Shown: piece by piece, positions 21,467 through 31,728 of the stretch
Layout: each line of letters begins with the position of its first letter
Numbering within the stretch: position 1 is the first letter of the stretch
From: Escherichia coli
Lineage (GTDB): Bacteria > Pseudomonadota > Gammaproteobacteria > Enterobacterales > Enterobacteriaceae
DNA: 64,000 bases
NCBI RefSeq assembly: GCF_003991155.1
Contig: NZ_CP031293.1
Direction: 5' to 3' (one strand)
Notes under the pieces: generated by a model
What the model was told of the DNA's origin: nothing
Databases searched by the model: none
What the model saw: only the letters and a program-made list of their open reading frames with translations
Program-made: the position numbers and the translations under genes

Positions 21467-22633
21467 TTATTGTCCCCTCAGAAGAATATTCAAATAACTG
21501 GACTTGAGTTTACGAATTTTTTGAAGCCTTGATTTAGCTTCTCTATAACTGTTTTCGGCTAAATGTAATATATCCTTATATTTCCCAAGCTCTCTTGATG
21601 GTGGTATAACCATCTTCTGAGAATGTACATCGGCATCATTAACAGCCGGGAAACTTGTACCAACTGCCAAATTGGTTAATGAATAAGTGAATTGCTTCGA
21701 CAAAGTGAAATAATAAATAAAATCGGACAAATCATTTTTTGCCCTTAGAACAGTAAAACCTGTTGATGCTATTGAATCATTCAATATTTCAGACACATAA
21801 AACGTAGCTCTATGATTGGGTCTAACAGTGCTAACAACAATATCTTTTTCCTTAAGAATACGCCGAGCTCGGCTGGGGGCTTCAGCGAAATGGTATTCTT
21901 TAGGAGTATCGACAAAACCAGGAAAAGTCACTGAAGATATATCTATATACCTAATCAGCTTATTTTTATTGGCATCATTACTTAACAAGTCAAAATTAAT
22001 ATTTGATACATCCTTCAATCTAACTTTGTTATATCCAAATGGCAGTTTTTCTTTTCGATCAAATGTAGTCAACCGATCAATTAATCTTTGAAATAAATTT
22101 AATGCAGACCTTTCAGTCTCATTTGCACAATGTAATACTTGTTCGATTTTTTTTAAAGAATTTAAAAAATCAACTTGCAGATCCATTTCAGGAATAATAA
22201 ATTCCTGCTGACTTAAAACTTTCCATTTTATCGTTGGAGACAATGACCCCTCCGAAATTGCTACTGCACGATTCATGAAAGTATCAGACTGCATAATAAA
22301 GGGTAAAAACTCAGGTATTACAGTATTTGAATTTGCCTCCAGAACCATGGCATGAGCCGAACAGATACAATCCCAATCTGCTACCGCGACTTTACGTTGA
22401 TAAGCACGACGCTTACCAAAAATAATCTGGCCTTTTTTCACTAAAAGCTTCTGCCCTTCAACGTCACTGGGTGTACCATGACGTTTGATTTTCAGGCTGT
22501 CAGGGTCTAAATGCTCCAAACCGACATAAATTTCAAGGTCTGTCTCGCTCGGTTCCACTCGTTTAGAGATATGTTTAGCGATATCGCCAAACTTCACCAT
22601 TTGCCAGCCTTCAGGTAATTGCTGTTCTGTCAT
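21467..22633 (-). CDS. hsdS: type I restriction-modification specificity subunit (HsdS), two TRDs
   Basis: 388-aa protein with two variable regions separated by conserved spacer; second TRD coding region markedly AT-rich; abuts hsdM and hsdR. Confidence 0.85.
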   Translation of the reverse strand: MTEQQLPEGWQMVKFGDIAKHISKRVEPSETDLEIYVGLEHLDPDSLKIKRHGTPSDVEGQKLLVKKGQIIFGKRRAYQRKVAVADWDCICSAHAMVLEANSNTVIPEFLPFIMQSDTFMNRAVAISEGSLSPTIKWKVLSQQEFIIPEMDLQVDFLNSLKKIEQVLHCANETERSALNLFQRLIDRLTTFDRKEKLPFGYNKVRLKDVSNINFDLLSNDANKNKLIRYIDISSVTFPGFVDTPKEYHFAEAPSRARRILKEKDIVVSTVRPNHRATFYVSEILNDSIASTGFTVLRAKNDLSDFIYYFTLSKQFTYSLTNLAVGTSFPAVNDADVHSQKMVIPPSRELGKYKDILHLAENSYREAKSRLQKIRKLKSSYLNILLRGQ

Positions 22634-24133
22634 TTACTGCTCCACCTTGCTTTCAACGTTATATCCAAGCTCTGCAAGGCTCTGGAATAATTTATTAGTT
22701 TGCTTTTTCAACTGAGTACGGCTTACTTTCCACGCTTCAATCGCATGTTCAATATTATGTACTTCAGCGTTGTTTTGTGCTTGCACATACAGTGGAATTG
22801 AAAGGTTATAAAGGTTTTCTTTAATAGCTTCAATATTCACTAAAGAGGTTATATCGTTTTTTTTCTCCGGATTAAAATAAGCCTCGCATAATACCTCCAA
22901 ATCCTCATCGGATAAGCGACTATGAGCGCGTTCACGGGTAACATGCTCAACCCCGTTGATAAATAACACTTTATTTTTGCGTTCGGCAGGTTTATTGCAA
23001 TTAAGCACCACCACACAAGATTCCATCGGCGAGTTATAAAACAGATTTGGTCCCAAACCAATCACCGCTTCAATAATGTCCGATTCAATCACCTGTTTAC
23101 GAATGGCCTGCTCAGAATCACGGAACAGCACACCGTGTGGCCAGAGCATAGCAGCACGACCGGTATCGGGTTTTAAACTTTTAATTATATGGGTATAAAA
23201 AGCATAATCAGCGCAGCCCTGCGGTGGGACACCATAAAGATTTCGACCATACGGATCAGCAGCAAACTTGTCACGATTCCATTTTTTAATGGAGTACGGT
23301 GGGTTGGCAAAAATCACATCAAACTGCTTGAGCCGATCGTTTTCAATAAACTTTGGCTCAGCCAAAGTATCACCACGCAGCACATCAAACTCTTCAATAT
23401 CGTGCAGGAACATATTCATACGGGCGATTGCGGATGTCAGCAGGTTCACTTCCTGACCATAAAGGTGCACAGAGCGCCACTCTTCCCCTCTAGCACGCAG
23501 ATCCATCACTGCATTTAGCAACATCCCACCTGTGCCACACGTTGGATCATAGGCGGTTTCACCCGGTTTTAAGCCCATAATGCGCGTCATTAAATGCACG
23601 ACTGTTCGGTTGGTGTAGAACTCTGCTGCCGTATGACCGGAATCATCAGCGAACTTTTTAATCAGGTATTCGTAGGCCTCACCAAGATCATCCTGAGCGA
23701 CAGATTTAATGCCTAGCGGAATTTGACTGAAATGTTCAATCAGATCAGCCAGCAGATGATCGGGCAGGCGCTCTTTATTGGTCCACTGCGCATCACCGAA
23801 GACGCCATGTAAACGCGGATTATTGGCTTCAATTAGTCGAAGCGCATTCTGGATCGCTTCACCAATGTTTTTACTGGTATTGCGTACCTTTTCCCAACTG
23901 GCTTCAGAGGGAATGTTGAAACGGTGAAACATCGGCATGGCGGCATATTCAGCATCACCTTCATGGAGTTCCAGCGCTTCGTTATATTCTTCCAGATAGA
24001 CATCTGACAGGCGTTTGTAAAACAGCAACGGGAAGATATACTGCTTGTAGTCTGATGCGTCAATTTGGCCACGAAGAAATTCGGCGGCTCCCCAGAGCAG
24101 CTCTTCCAGCTTTTTATTACTCATAGTACTCAT
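22634..24133 (-). CDS. hsdM: type I N6-adenine methyltransferase subunit, paralogue B (499 aa)
   Basis: Motif I YDPTCGTGGMLL, motif IV FANPPYSIKKW; start overlaps stop of upstream hsdM paralogue (24130-24133). Confidence 0.85.
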   Translation of the reverse strand: MSTMSNKKLEELLWGAAEFLRGQIDASDYKQYIFPLLFYKRLSDVYLEEYNEALELHEGDAEYAAMPMFHRFNIPSEASWEKVRNTSKNIGEAIQNALRLIEANNPRLHGVFGDAQWTNKERLPDHLLADLIEHFSQIPLGIKSVAQDDLGEAYEYLIKKFADDSGHTAAEFYTNRTVVHLMTRIMGLKPGETAYDPTCGTGGMLLNAVMDLRARGEEWRSVHLYGQEVNLLTSAIARMNMFLHDIEEFDVLRGDTLAEPKFIENDRLKQFDVIFANPPYSIKKWNRDKFAADPYGRNLYGVPPQGCADYAFYTHIIKSLKPDTGRAAMLWPHGVLFRDSEQAIRKQVIESDIIEAVIGLGPNLFYNSPMESCVVVLNCNKPAERKNKVLFINGVEHVTRERAHSRLSDEDLEVLCEAYFNPEKKNDITSLVNIEAIKENLYNLSIPLYVQAQNNAEVHNIEHAIEAWKVSRTQLKKQTNKLFQSLAELGYNVESKVEQ

Positions 24134-25629
24134 ACCTCGAAACCTTCTTTGATAAGCAGGGCCTCCAGCTCCTCTTCTGCTTTTTCCAGCTCAGCCAGCT
24201 TCCGTTGAAAATCTTTGAGCGCCTCTTCCACAGTGATGGTTTCTTCTTCGAGTGGCTTTTGCACATAACGAGCAATATTTAGATTGAAGTCATTTTCTTC
24301 AATCTCCTTCAGAGAAACCCAGCGTGCAACGCCTTCGATTTCTTTTGCATCTGGCCCTTGTTGCGCCTGGTCATGATAGATTTGGTATATTTCATCGGCC
24401 TGCTTGTTGGACAGCGTATTCTGCGCACGTCCCTTGGTATAGATTTCTTCAGCATTGATGATCAATACATGATCTTTATGCGCGGCCGGACGTGATTTAC
24501 GCAGCACCAAAATACACGCAGGAATCCCAGTCCCATAGAACAGGTTGGAAGCAACACCAATAATCGCCACAATGCGATTCTCTTGCAGTAATTTGGTTCG
24601 AATTGCCCCCTCTGCGCCGCCACGAAACAGCACACCATGAGGTAATACGACTGCCATACGTCCATTGTCGTTAAGTGAAGCAAACATATGCTGCACCCAG
24701 GCAAAATCACCATTTGTTTTAGGCGCCAGGCCATATTGCTTACGGCCATAGGGATCGTTCGACCACAGATCGTATCCCCATTCTTTTAAGCTAAATGGTG
24801 GGTTGGCAACAACGCAGTCAAAGGTTTCTAAACGATCGCTTTTTAAAAATTTAGGTTCGCGTAAAGTATCCCCTCGGACAATATCGAAATCTTCCTGTCC
24901 ATGCAGGAACAGATTCATACGCGCAATAGCTTCCGTCGTTAAGTTCTTTTCCTGACCCTTGATTTTTAGTAAACGCGGATCACCACCATTTTCTTTTACA
25001 TGGTGGATGGTCTCAAGCAGCATACCACCGGTACCACAGGCGGGATCGTAGACACTCTCACCGGCTTTTGGATCAAGAATGTTAACCATCAAACGAACGA
25101 TAGTTCGTGGGGTATAGAACTCACCGGCTTTCTTATTGGCTTTGTCTGCAAAGCGTTTGATCAGATACTCGTATGCGCGCCCCATATCATCGTCACGGAC
25201 ACTAGAAACGCCAAGGTTCACCTTATTGAAGTGATTGAGTAACGTAGCCAGTAACTCATCAGAAAGGCGTTCTTTATTGGTCCAGCTGGCATCGCCAAAA
25301 ATGCCATGCAGTTTAGGGTTTGCCAGTTCTATACCACGGAAGGACTCTTTTAAAGCCTGACCGATGTCCTTGGTCTCAGCGAAAACATCGCGCCAGTGGC
25401 AATTTTCAGGTATCTGAATACGGTGAAACATCTTGCCCTTGGCAAGCTCTGCATCCCCAATGCTCTCCATCGCATCGGCAAATTCTTCGTCATACACGTC
25501 ACAAATGCGCTTGAAGAACAGGATGGGGAAAATGTACGTTTTGTAATCTGACGCATCAATGGGCCCTGTAATAATATGGGCTGCATGCCATAGATGGGCC
25601 TCGAGATCTTTTAGGTTAATCAGTGTCAT
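24130..25629 (-). CDS. hsdM: type I N6-adenine methyltransferase subunit, paralogue A (500 aa)
   Basis: ORF 24130..25731 trimmed to MTLINLKDLEAHLW; motif I YDPACGTGGMLL, motif IV VANPPFSLKEW; homologous over full length to paralogue B. Confidence 0.85.
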   Translation of the reverse strand: MTLINLKDLEAHLWHAAHIITGPIDASDYKTYIFPILFFKRICDVYDEEFADAMESIGDAELAKGKMFHRIQIPENCHWRDVFAETKDIGQALKESFRGIELANPKLHGIFGDASWTNKERLSDELLATLLNHFNKVNLGVSSVRDDDMGRAYEYLIKRFADKANKKAGEFYTPRTIVRLMVNILDPKAGESVYDPACGTGGMLLETIHHVKENGGDPRLLKIKGQEKNLTTEAIARMNLFLHGQEDFDIVRGDTLREPKFLKSDRLETFDCVVANPPFSLKEWGYDLWSNDPYGRKQYGLAPKTNGDFAWVQHMFASLNDNGRMAVVLPHGVLFRGGAEGAIRTKLLQENRIVAIIGVASNLFYGTGIPACILVLRKSRPAAHKDHVLIINAEEIYTKGRAQNTLSNKQADEIYQIYHDQAQQGPDAKEIEGVARWVSLKEIEENDFNLNIARYVQKPLEEETITVEEALKDFQRKLAELEKAEEELEALLIKEGFEV

Positions 25630-25872
25630 TGTTGTCTCTTTTCGATCCTGCAGTGCTTGAACTCTCAGCAACTCATGGATTTCACAGTAAAAAAGCAAGT
25701 AAAGCGATTCCACAACCACCTGAGCGTTCAATATGTATGACGCCTTTACCCAAGTTGCTTAAATCAAGGAAATTGCCAGAGATAATACTCTGGCATCAGA
25801 ATGATACCAAGTTGAAGGGCTGATTTCCGCATCAATACCTTGTGGTAATAGGGGATTACTCTTTTACCCTTA

Positions 25873-26910
25873 TTGGCGCAAAATGGCGGCATTTCCTCAT
25901 TTCTCCATCGGAGCATCTTACGCGCTATAACCACTCTCGTTTTTTCCTATTCCCATGCAGATGAAGCACTACGCAATGAACTTGAGAAGCATCTCTCCCC
26001 GCTGAAGCGAACCGGGAAGATCACAACATGGCACGATCGCCGCATCGTTCCTGGTCAGGAGTTCGAACGTCAGATCGACCACTATTTTTCGCAAGCAGAT
26101 ATCATCCTGATCCTGATCAGCAGTGACTTTATTGCTTCTGATTACTGCTATCAGGTAGAGATGAAAAACGCACTGGAACGGCATAACCGGGGCGAGGCAG
26201 TGGTCATTCCGGTAATTTTAAGAGACTGTGCATGGCATCAGTTAGAATTCGGCAGCATTATGGCGGCGACTATCGACGGTAAACCCATCACTAAGTTTGC
26301 CACCCACGATGAAGGCTACGTTCAGGTCGTCGAGGCTGTCTCGCGTGCCATTGCCCGGATGGAAGCCAAAAAACCACAGCAAACCATACATATCCCTTCA
26401 CCGGCTCCGGCGAATCCGATCTTTCAGGGAGTAGATTCCGTTTTTACACCGCGTTCAAGCAACCTTACTCTACCCAAGAAATTTACCGATCTGGATAAAG
26501 ATCGTGCCAGACGTGAGGGCTTTGAATATGTTGCCCGCTATTTTGAAAATTCGTTAGATGAACTCAAAAAGCGCCACCCCGGATTAGATATCGATTTTAA
26601 TCGGCTTGATACAGATTCATTCACCTGTGCCGTGTATATCAATGGCAGTAAGGTCGGCCAATGTGGCATCTGGCGAGGCAATCAACATCATGGAATGGGA
26701 GATATCTGTTATAGCCAGGATAATGTTGTTCGAAACAGTATTAACGAAACTCTAAGCCTTGCTGATAACGGCCAGACTCTTGGTTTTCGTGCTCTGATGG
26801 GAGGCTTCAGTCGAGGAACTTCACGAGACGAACTATTGACCAATGAAGGTATGTCGGAACATCTCTGGGAAATGTTCTTCGGGCTAATCAAGCAAAGAAT
26901 GTCCCGATAA
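25873..26910 (+). CDS. TIR-domain protein with uncharacterised ~180-aa C-terminal domain
   Basis: TIR-like N-terminus (VFSYSHADE..., WHDRRIVPGQEF, ADIILILISSDFIASDYCYQVEM with a Glu at the expected catalytic position); only in-frame start is TTG at 25873 and no clear Shine-Dalgarno, so the N-terminus is uncertain. Confidence 0.65.
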   Translation: MAQNGGISSFLHRSILRAITTLVFSYSHADEALRNELEKHLSPLKRTGKITTWHDRRIVPGQEFERQIDHYFSQADIILILISSDFIASDYCYQVEMKNALERHNRGEAVVIPVILRDCAWHQLEFGSIMAATIDGKPITKFATHDEGYVQVVEAVSRAIARMEAKKPQQTIHIPSPAPANPIFQGVDSVFTPRSSNLTLPKKFTDLDKDRARREGFEYVARYFENSLDELKKRHPGLDIDFNRLDTDSFTCAVYINGSKVGQCGIWRGNQHHGMGDICYSQDNVVRNSINETLSLADNGQTLGFRALMGGFSRGTSRDELLTNEGMSEHLWEMFFGLIKQRMSR

Positions 26911-26925
26911 TTTGCCATATCACAG

Positions 26926-26947
26926 TCGGGCATACTGCCCGATTTTT
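26926..26947 (+). terminator. rho-independent terminator downstream of the TIR gene
   Basis: Stem TCGGGCA/TGCCCGA with 3-nt loop followed by TTTTT. Confidence 0.65.
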
Positions 26948-27094
26948 GTGCTGTCATTATTGGCAATATCTCAATAGGCGTTGAGAAATGGTGCAATTTA
27001 ATCTTGCCAGAGCGCTGTTACTTGGGGACGAAATTAATGGGCTCCTGCTGTAGTTACAGCAACGCCTGTAAATACAAAAATAGGCGTTGCAAAT

Positions 27095-28150
27095 TCATGC
27101 TGGCAAATACGTTTTCTTAAGCGGCACCAATAGCTTAGTCTCTATATCCACTTGCTCATAGTTTTCAACTAACGCGCGTACCAAATCATCCAGCGTCCAT
27201 AGCGTCAACGGGATTGTAGAACGATCGGCCTCATAACGCGCATCCTTGCTGAATCCGCCGGTACTGACATACAGCCCGCGATCGTCTTTATGGCGGCCAC
27301 CGATAAAGCTACGGATTTGCTGGCTGCTCATCTGTTCCCGCCGGTGCTTCACCTCAACAATAATGCGCGGATTTTCAAACCCAAATCCGTCAGGCGAAGC
27401 AATGATGTCTTTCCCACGGTCAGCACCCGCAGGCGATACCTGAGTTTTATATCCCATGCTGCGTAACACGCCAGCGACCAGATTCTGCATCTCATCCCAG
27501 TCGAGACGGTTGATACGATCCTTGATGCCTTCAAAAGCGATCATTTCCATGTCGCGCAGAGGATTAGAAACGACCTCATCCTCTTCACCTGAAACAGGTA
27601 CTTCCGGCACGATATCTGAGACAGGCTTATTGCCCTGCACTAATTCATTCACAGCAAAATCAGGCACCTGAAAAACTGTCAGCGTTGAACCAAGGGTGTT
27701 TCTAGTTGCATCACTCAGACTATCGCGCTTAATCTCTTCCGCATTCCACTTCACTTTACGGGCGATGCCCATGCCATCTTCAAGCCACTCGGCATGAAAC
27801 TCAAAATCTGACGCTATTTTCCCTATTAAATAGGTCCGATTAGAAGGTGAATAAGTGATAGCCCAGTCGCCTTTCTGCATTTCATTCACAAAGCGCCAGA
27901 CCTGAGAAGCTCCAGAACGAACTGTGCCTGGCTTAGTCTGTGGCTCAAGCTCCTGATACCGGGTAAACAACTGCTCTCTTGAGCATCCAGGTTTCACATA
28001 GGGAGCGAGCTGCGACCAACCAATTGCAACAACCTGTTTGTCTCTGAAGTCGTCGTACAATTTTCCGCCATCACCGCGGATCATCCACATCTTAGTCGCC
28101 ACAATAATTCCTTCTGAAAATACTTCATCGTTATACCGGGACGTGATCAT
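27095..28150 (-). CDS. Mrr-family (PD-(D/E)xK) restriction endonuclease with N-terminal PUA/EVE-like putative modified-base reader; probable type IV enzyme
   Basis: C-terminal domain alignable with E. coli Mrr catalytic region (DIIASPDGFG...IIVEVKHRR...LYVSTGGFS); start set at ATG 28150 preceded by AAGGTGG; N-terminal RFVNEMQKGDWAITYS resembles EVE-domain core. Confidence 0.7.
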   Translation of the reverse strand: MITSRYNDEVFSEGIIVATKMWMIRGDGGKLYDDFRDKQVVAIGWSQLAPYVKPGCSREQLFTRYQELEPQTKPGTVRSGASQVWRFVNEMQKGDWAITYSPSNRTYLIGKIASDFEFHAEWLEDGMGIARKVKWNAEEIKRDSLSDATRNTLGSTLTVFQVPDFAVNELVQGNKPVSDIVPEVPVSGEEDEVVSNPLRDMEMIAFEGIKDRINRLDWDEMQNLVAGVLRSMGYKTQVSPAGADRGKDIIASPDGFGFENPRIIVEVKHRREQMSSQQIRSFIGGRHKDDRGLYVSTGGFSKDARYEADRSTIPLTLWTLDDLVRALVENYEQVDIETKLLVPLKKTYLPA

Positions 28151-28212
28151 TCCATTCAGCCACCTTATCCAGGGGAAAAACACCGATAAGATGGCTAATC
28201 AAAATGTCTGTT

Positions 28213-31200
28213 CTAAACCTGACGCCTATCAAGACTATTATAAATAGCCTCAATCTCACCTTTCAGGTTATCACCAGAGTAAACCATCGATGTATCGTAT
28301 CGTTCATATCGCGCTTCCCGTGTCGCACTAAACCAGTTGAACGATCCCACGCATAGCAAACCATCATCACCAATAACAATTTTGCTATGAACACGGTTTA
28401 CCAGCTTTGTAGCAATACCCAGCGCATTCAGTTTCTCCAGCGCCGCTTTAAGGTTCTGCTGCTTCTCTTTTCGCTTCTCAAAATCTTTATGTTCAGTGTT
28501 GTAGCTTCTGTCAGTGACTATCGTGACGTTAATACCACGTGAACACGCCGCAATCATGGAATCAAGAAAACCCGTTTGCTCCAGCTTTTGCCAGGTCAGC
28601 CATGGAGAAACTATCGTGATGTGTTTATCGGTATTTTCAAACGTCTGATTCAGGAAGTTATCATGCTGCTCCACACCATGAAGTGTGTAGATTTTGGTCT
28701 CGGAAGTTTTTAAATCCTTACGCTCTTTATAATCAAAAGAGAGCGCATTCTTCTCGAACTCAAAGAGATATTTTGCCAGCAATCCTCGCGGAGATGAGGG
28801 AGCCTGGATCTCAAACAGATCCATATCGCCGAAGACCAGGAAGCTATCCTTCGCACGGGAGACTGCAACATTCAGCATGCTGTTATCGCTATCAATAAAC
28901 CCGCCGTCTTCATGTTTTGAATAGACTGGCGAGAATATAACAATCGCTCTTTCCGCTCCCTGAAGAGAGTGCACGGTGCCCACTGTGAGCGACTTTTCAT
29001 TCGCGCCCGTACTGATACCTTGTTTACCCAGCGCCTGTTTTATAGTGGATACCTGCGCGCTAAAAGGCGTCACGATACCGACAACTTCATGAAGCGATTT
29101 GCCGTAATGCGCTTCAATATTTTGCTGGTTCTCTGCCAACCAGGCCGCTATCGTTTCAGCCTCAAGCAAATTATATCTACTTCCACTACTTGCCTGCTCT
29201 CCTTTACCATCAATATGGAGATAACCCATTGCGGGCATTAAATTGCTCTCTTCACGCCCTCTTTTAGGCAACAACTTACCGTGATAGCAGAGCGTATTAC
29301 AGTATCCAATAATATTATCGAAGCACCGGCGGTGTTCATATAGGTACATACCACGAGCCAGTTCGGGATCATATTGATAGCGCGAAGCAAACTGCGCTAT
29401 TTTCATAACGCTGCCAGATGCGGCACTTTTACCAAGGTCTGCGATTGCCGTATATTTCTCGGTAATCTCTTCTTGCGTACTGCCAGACAGAATTTTTTCC
29501 GCCAGCATGTTACCGACATCAATCGCGGGAGCAATACTCCATATTGGCGGGATCTGCTCCGTATCGCCAATCACTAATGCCTTCTTAGCTAATGCAAACG
29601 AGGCAGCAGCCACTTCAGGAAGCACCTGCCCGGCTTCATCGACAATGAGTAAATCGGCAAAATCATACAAATAACTTTTCTCGAATTTACGTTGTCCTTT
29701 GTGCTCACTTATCTGCATATTGCCGGGCAGCATATAGCATGTCATCACCACACATGGAGTGAGTTTCATTCGACGTTGCCAACGGGCGGTTACCCCTTTA
29801 GCGCCTTGTTTCTTCTTCTCTTCCTGCAGATCATCAATTCTGGCCATATCCATCAGCCAACGACCTTCCCAGTAGTGAGTCGTCAGTAAAAATGCAGGGA
29901 AGCGAATCTGCGTATCAGCCAGTTCATCGGCCTGTGAGAAGCTCAGTTCCTCGTCGCCCTCATACCCTAAATCAAATGCCAGCCTCTGCCACTCCTGAAC
30001 CGCCTGCTGTTCTTTAAGAACGATTTCATGGGCGGAGTCAATCTGCTGCCGGTATGTTGTTTGCTCGCGCTCAGCGGAATTGAGCAGCCCATCAATATTA
30101 CGTTCGATAGTTTCAGGATCAGACCACTGATTTCCTGCAATCAGCGCGCCTAATTTATCTTCGAGAAACAGCTGTATTTGGTACTGTCGCTTATTGCGAA
30201 CCGCCGGGAGCCAGGAAAATAATGAATAGATCAGTGATTCACCGGCGCGATATTTTTTCCATTCCGTTTTAGCACTCTTCAGTAGAGTGACTTTTTGTTC
30301 TTGTCCGGAAAGTAATTTATTTAAATTATCGAGATATTGCTCAATATCATTAGCAATAAGCTCACGCGCAGCCCGAATCTGGCTTAACATTTGCCATGTT
30401 GCGTTCAGTCTTATCAGTTGCTCGGATTTTGCTGCCAACTGACCATGCAGGAGTTCAATGATCTTTTCAGGGGATGAACACTCTTTTTCAGGAAAGGCTG
30501 CCTTAGCCTTCTCCAGATAAAACAGCAGTGCATCCTCTACATACTCTTTTGACTCAACCTGGGTGAAGAAATCTTCAGTTTGATATTTTTTGGCTGCCTC
30601 AGCTTTACGAGTGCTTGAGGGAAAATAAGCGCCGAAGCTTTTCAGCTCTGGCAACCATCGTCCGGCCATCGCACCTGAACCTTGCGAAAAGTCTTTCCCG
30701 AATGCCTCAATAATGTTCGTTACAGCCTGGTTATTCGTTGAAGTCGCGATAATAACCGGAGGCTCAGATTTTTCGAGAGCTGCTCTGGCCCACTGCGTGG
30801 CGATGATAGAAAGCACCAGCGTGGTTTTTCCGGTTCCCGGAGGTCCATTAACAGCAAGGATATCGCCATGTCTTGCATCCAGAAAATGGCTTAAGGCATC
30901 GCGCTGAGCCTTTGCCAGCGGAAACTTATCTCCGGAGTGTCCAAGCCTGTCGCTGAATTTTGCTCCTGGGGCCAGCAAAGACTCTGCAGCATGAACCTCT
31001 CGCGAGGCGAAGCGATTGAAGAGCGGCACATCCTTCTTGCAAACAAGCAGGTGATCATAAAGAGAAAGGATATGGAAACTGGCACCGCCAGATTGCGCCG
31101 TTTTAACAATATAACCGTGCTCAGCGAGTACATATTGCTCAGGATTTTTAATCCAGTCGCCGGCAACATTCTTCAGCAGCCTCTCTGAATCATCCAGATA

Positions 31201-31728
31201 TTGACGCCACTCCTGCTGCAAGGCTGCATATCGTGCTTCCCGTTCTTCATCCGTTTCGGCAGTCTTATCAATGCTGTCATCAAAGTTGATAGAGAACGAG
31301 GTATGGATTGTCTTGTATTTGTCATACTGCCCAATATCACCAATCGAAAATGCTCCTTTTGGCAAAGGTTCAAGCAGGTCTCTGGGAATGGAGGTCGCTG
31401 GCGTCGGATATAAAAAACCCTCACGGCTTAGCAAGGCTGGCGTCACTAGCGGGGTAACAATATCAGGTGCGCCTGCGGAACGGTCCTTACCATGCTGCAG
31501 TAACCGAAAATAAACTTTTGGGCGCAAGACGACATCGACCGTTTCGACATCGTCTTTTTCTCCCTCAAAAAATTTACTGACAATCGCTTCGTCAAGACGT
31601 CCCGCCGCTATCCCATGCCAGTGAGTGAAATTTTTGGCGTCTTTCCGTTCAAAACTGCCCTTTCCTGACTCAGCATCTGCAAGCGAGTTGCGCCAGTATG
31701 AGGCAAACCCTAAAGCATTTTCATCCAT
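28213..31728 (-). CDS. SF1 (Upf1/DNA2-like) helicase fused to C-terminal PLD-family nuclease, 1171 aa; architecture resembles type II Mokosh
   Basis: Walker [13 protein letters not shown], Walker [10 protein letters not shown], helicase motifs [16 protein letters not shown] and [12 protein letters not shown]-terminal HKD motif [20 protein letters not shown]. Confidence 0.75.
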   Translation of the reverse strand: MDENALGFASYWRNSLADAESGKGSFERKDAKNFTHWHGIAAGRLDEAIVSKFFEGEKDDVETVDVVLRPKVYFRLLQHGKDRSAGAPDIVTPLVTPALLSREGFLYPTPATSIPRDLLEPLPKGAFSIGDIGQYDKYKTIHTSFSINFDDSIDKTAETDEEREARYAALQQEWRQYLDDSERLLKNVAGDWIKNPEQYVLAEHGYIVKTAQSGGASFHILSLYDHLLVCKKDVPLFNRFASREVHAAESLLAPGAKFSDRLGHSGDKFPLAKAQRDALSHFLDARHGDILAVNGPPGTGKTTLVLSIIATQWARAALEKSEPPVIIATSTNNQAVTNIIEAFGKDFSQGSGAMAGRWLPELKSFGAYFPSSTRKAEAAKKYQTEDFFTQVESKEYVEDALLFYLEKAKAAFPEKECSSPEKIIELLHGQLAAKSEQLIRLNATWQMLSQIRAARELIANDIEQYLDNLNKLLSGQEQKVTLLKSAKTEWKKYRAGESLIYSLFSWLPAVRNKRQYQIQLFLEDKLGALIAGNQWSDPETIERNIDGLLNSAEREQTTYRQQIDSAHEIVLKEQQAVQEWQRLAFDLGYEGDEELSFSQADELADTQIRFPAFLLTTHYWEGRWLMDMARIDDLQEEKKKQGAKGVTARWQRRMKLTPCVVMTCYMLPGNMQISEHKGQRKFEKSYLYDFADLLIVDEAGQVLPEVAAASFALAKKALVIGDTEQIPPIWSIAPAIDVGNMLAEKILSGSTQEEITEKYTAIADLGKSAASGSVMKIAQFASRYQYDPELARGMYLYEHRRCFDNIIGYCNTLCYHGKLLPKRGREESNLMPAMGYLHIDGKGEQASSGSRYNLLEAETIAAWLAENQQNIEAHYGKSLHEVVGIVTPFSAQVSTIKQALGKQGISTGANEKSLTVGTVHSLQGAERAIVIFSPVYSKHEDGGFIDSDNSMLNVAVSRAKDSFLVFGDMDLFEIQAPSSPRGLLAKYLFEFEKNALSFDYKERKDLKTSETKIYTLHGVEQHDNFLNQTFENTDKHITIVSPWLTWQKLEQTGFLDSMIAACSRGINVTIVTDRSYNTEHKDFEKRKEKQQNLKAALEKLNALGIATKLVNRVHSKIVIGDDGLLCVGSFNWFSATREARYERYDTSMVYSGDNLKGEIEAIYNSLDRRQV

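Noticed and set aside
25873-26910. Thoeris system
   Set aside because: Only a TIR (ThsB-like) gene is present; no SIR2/SLOG ThsA-like gene in the neighbourhood, so a canonical Thoeris call is not supported
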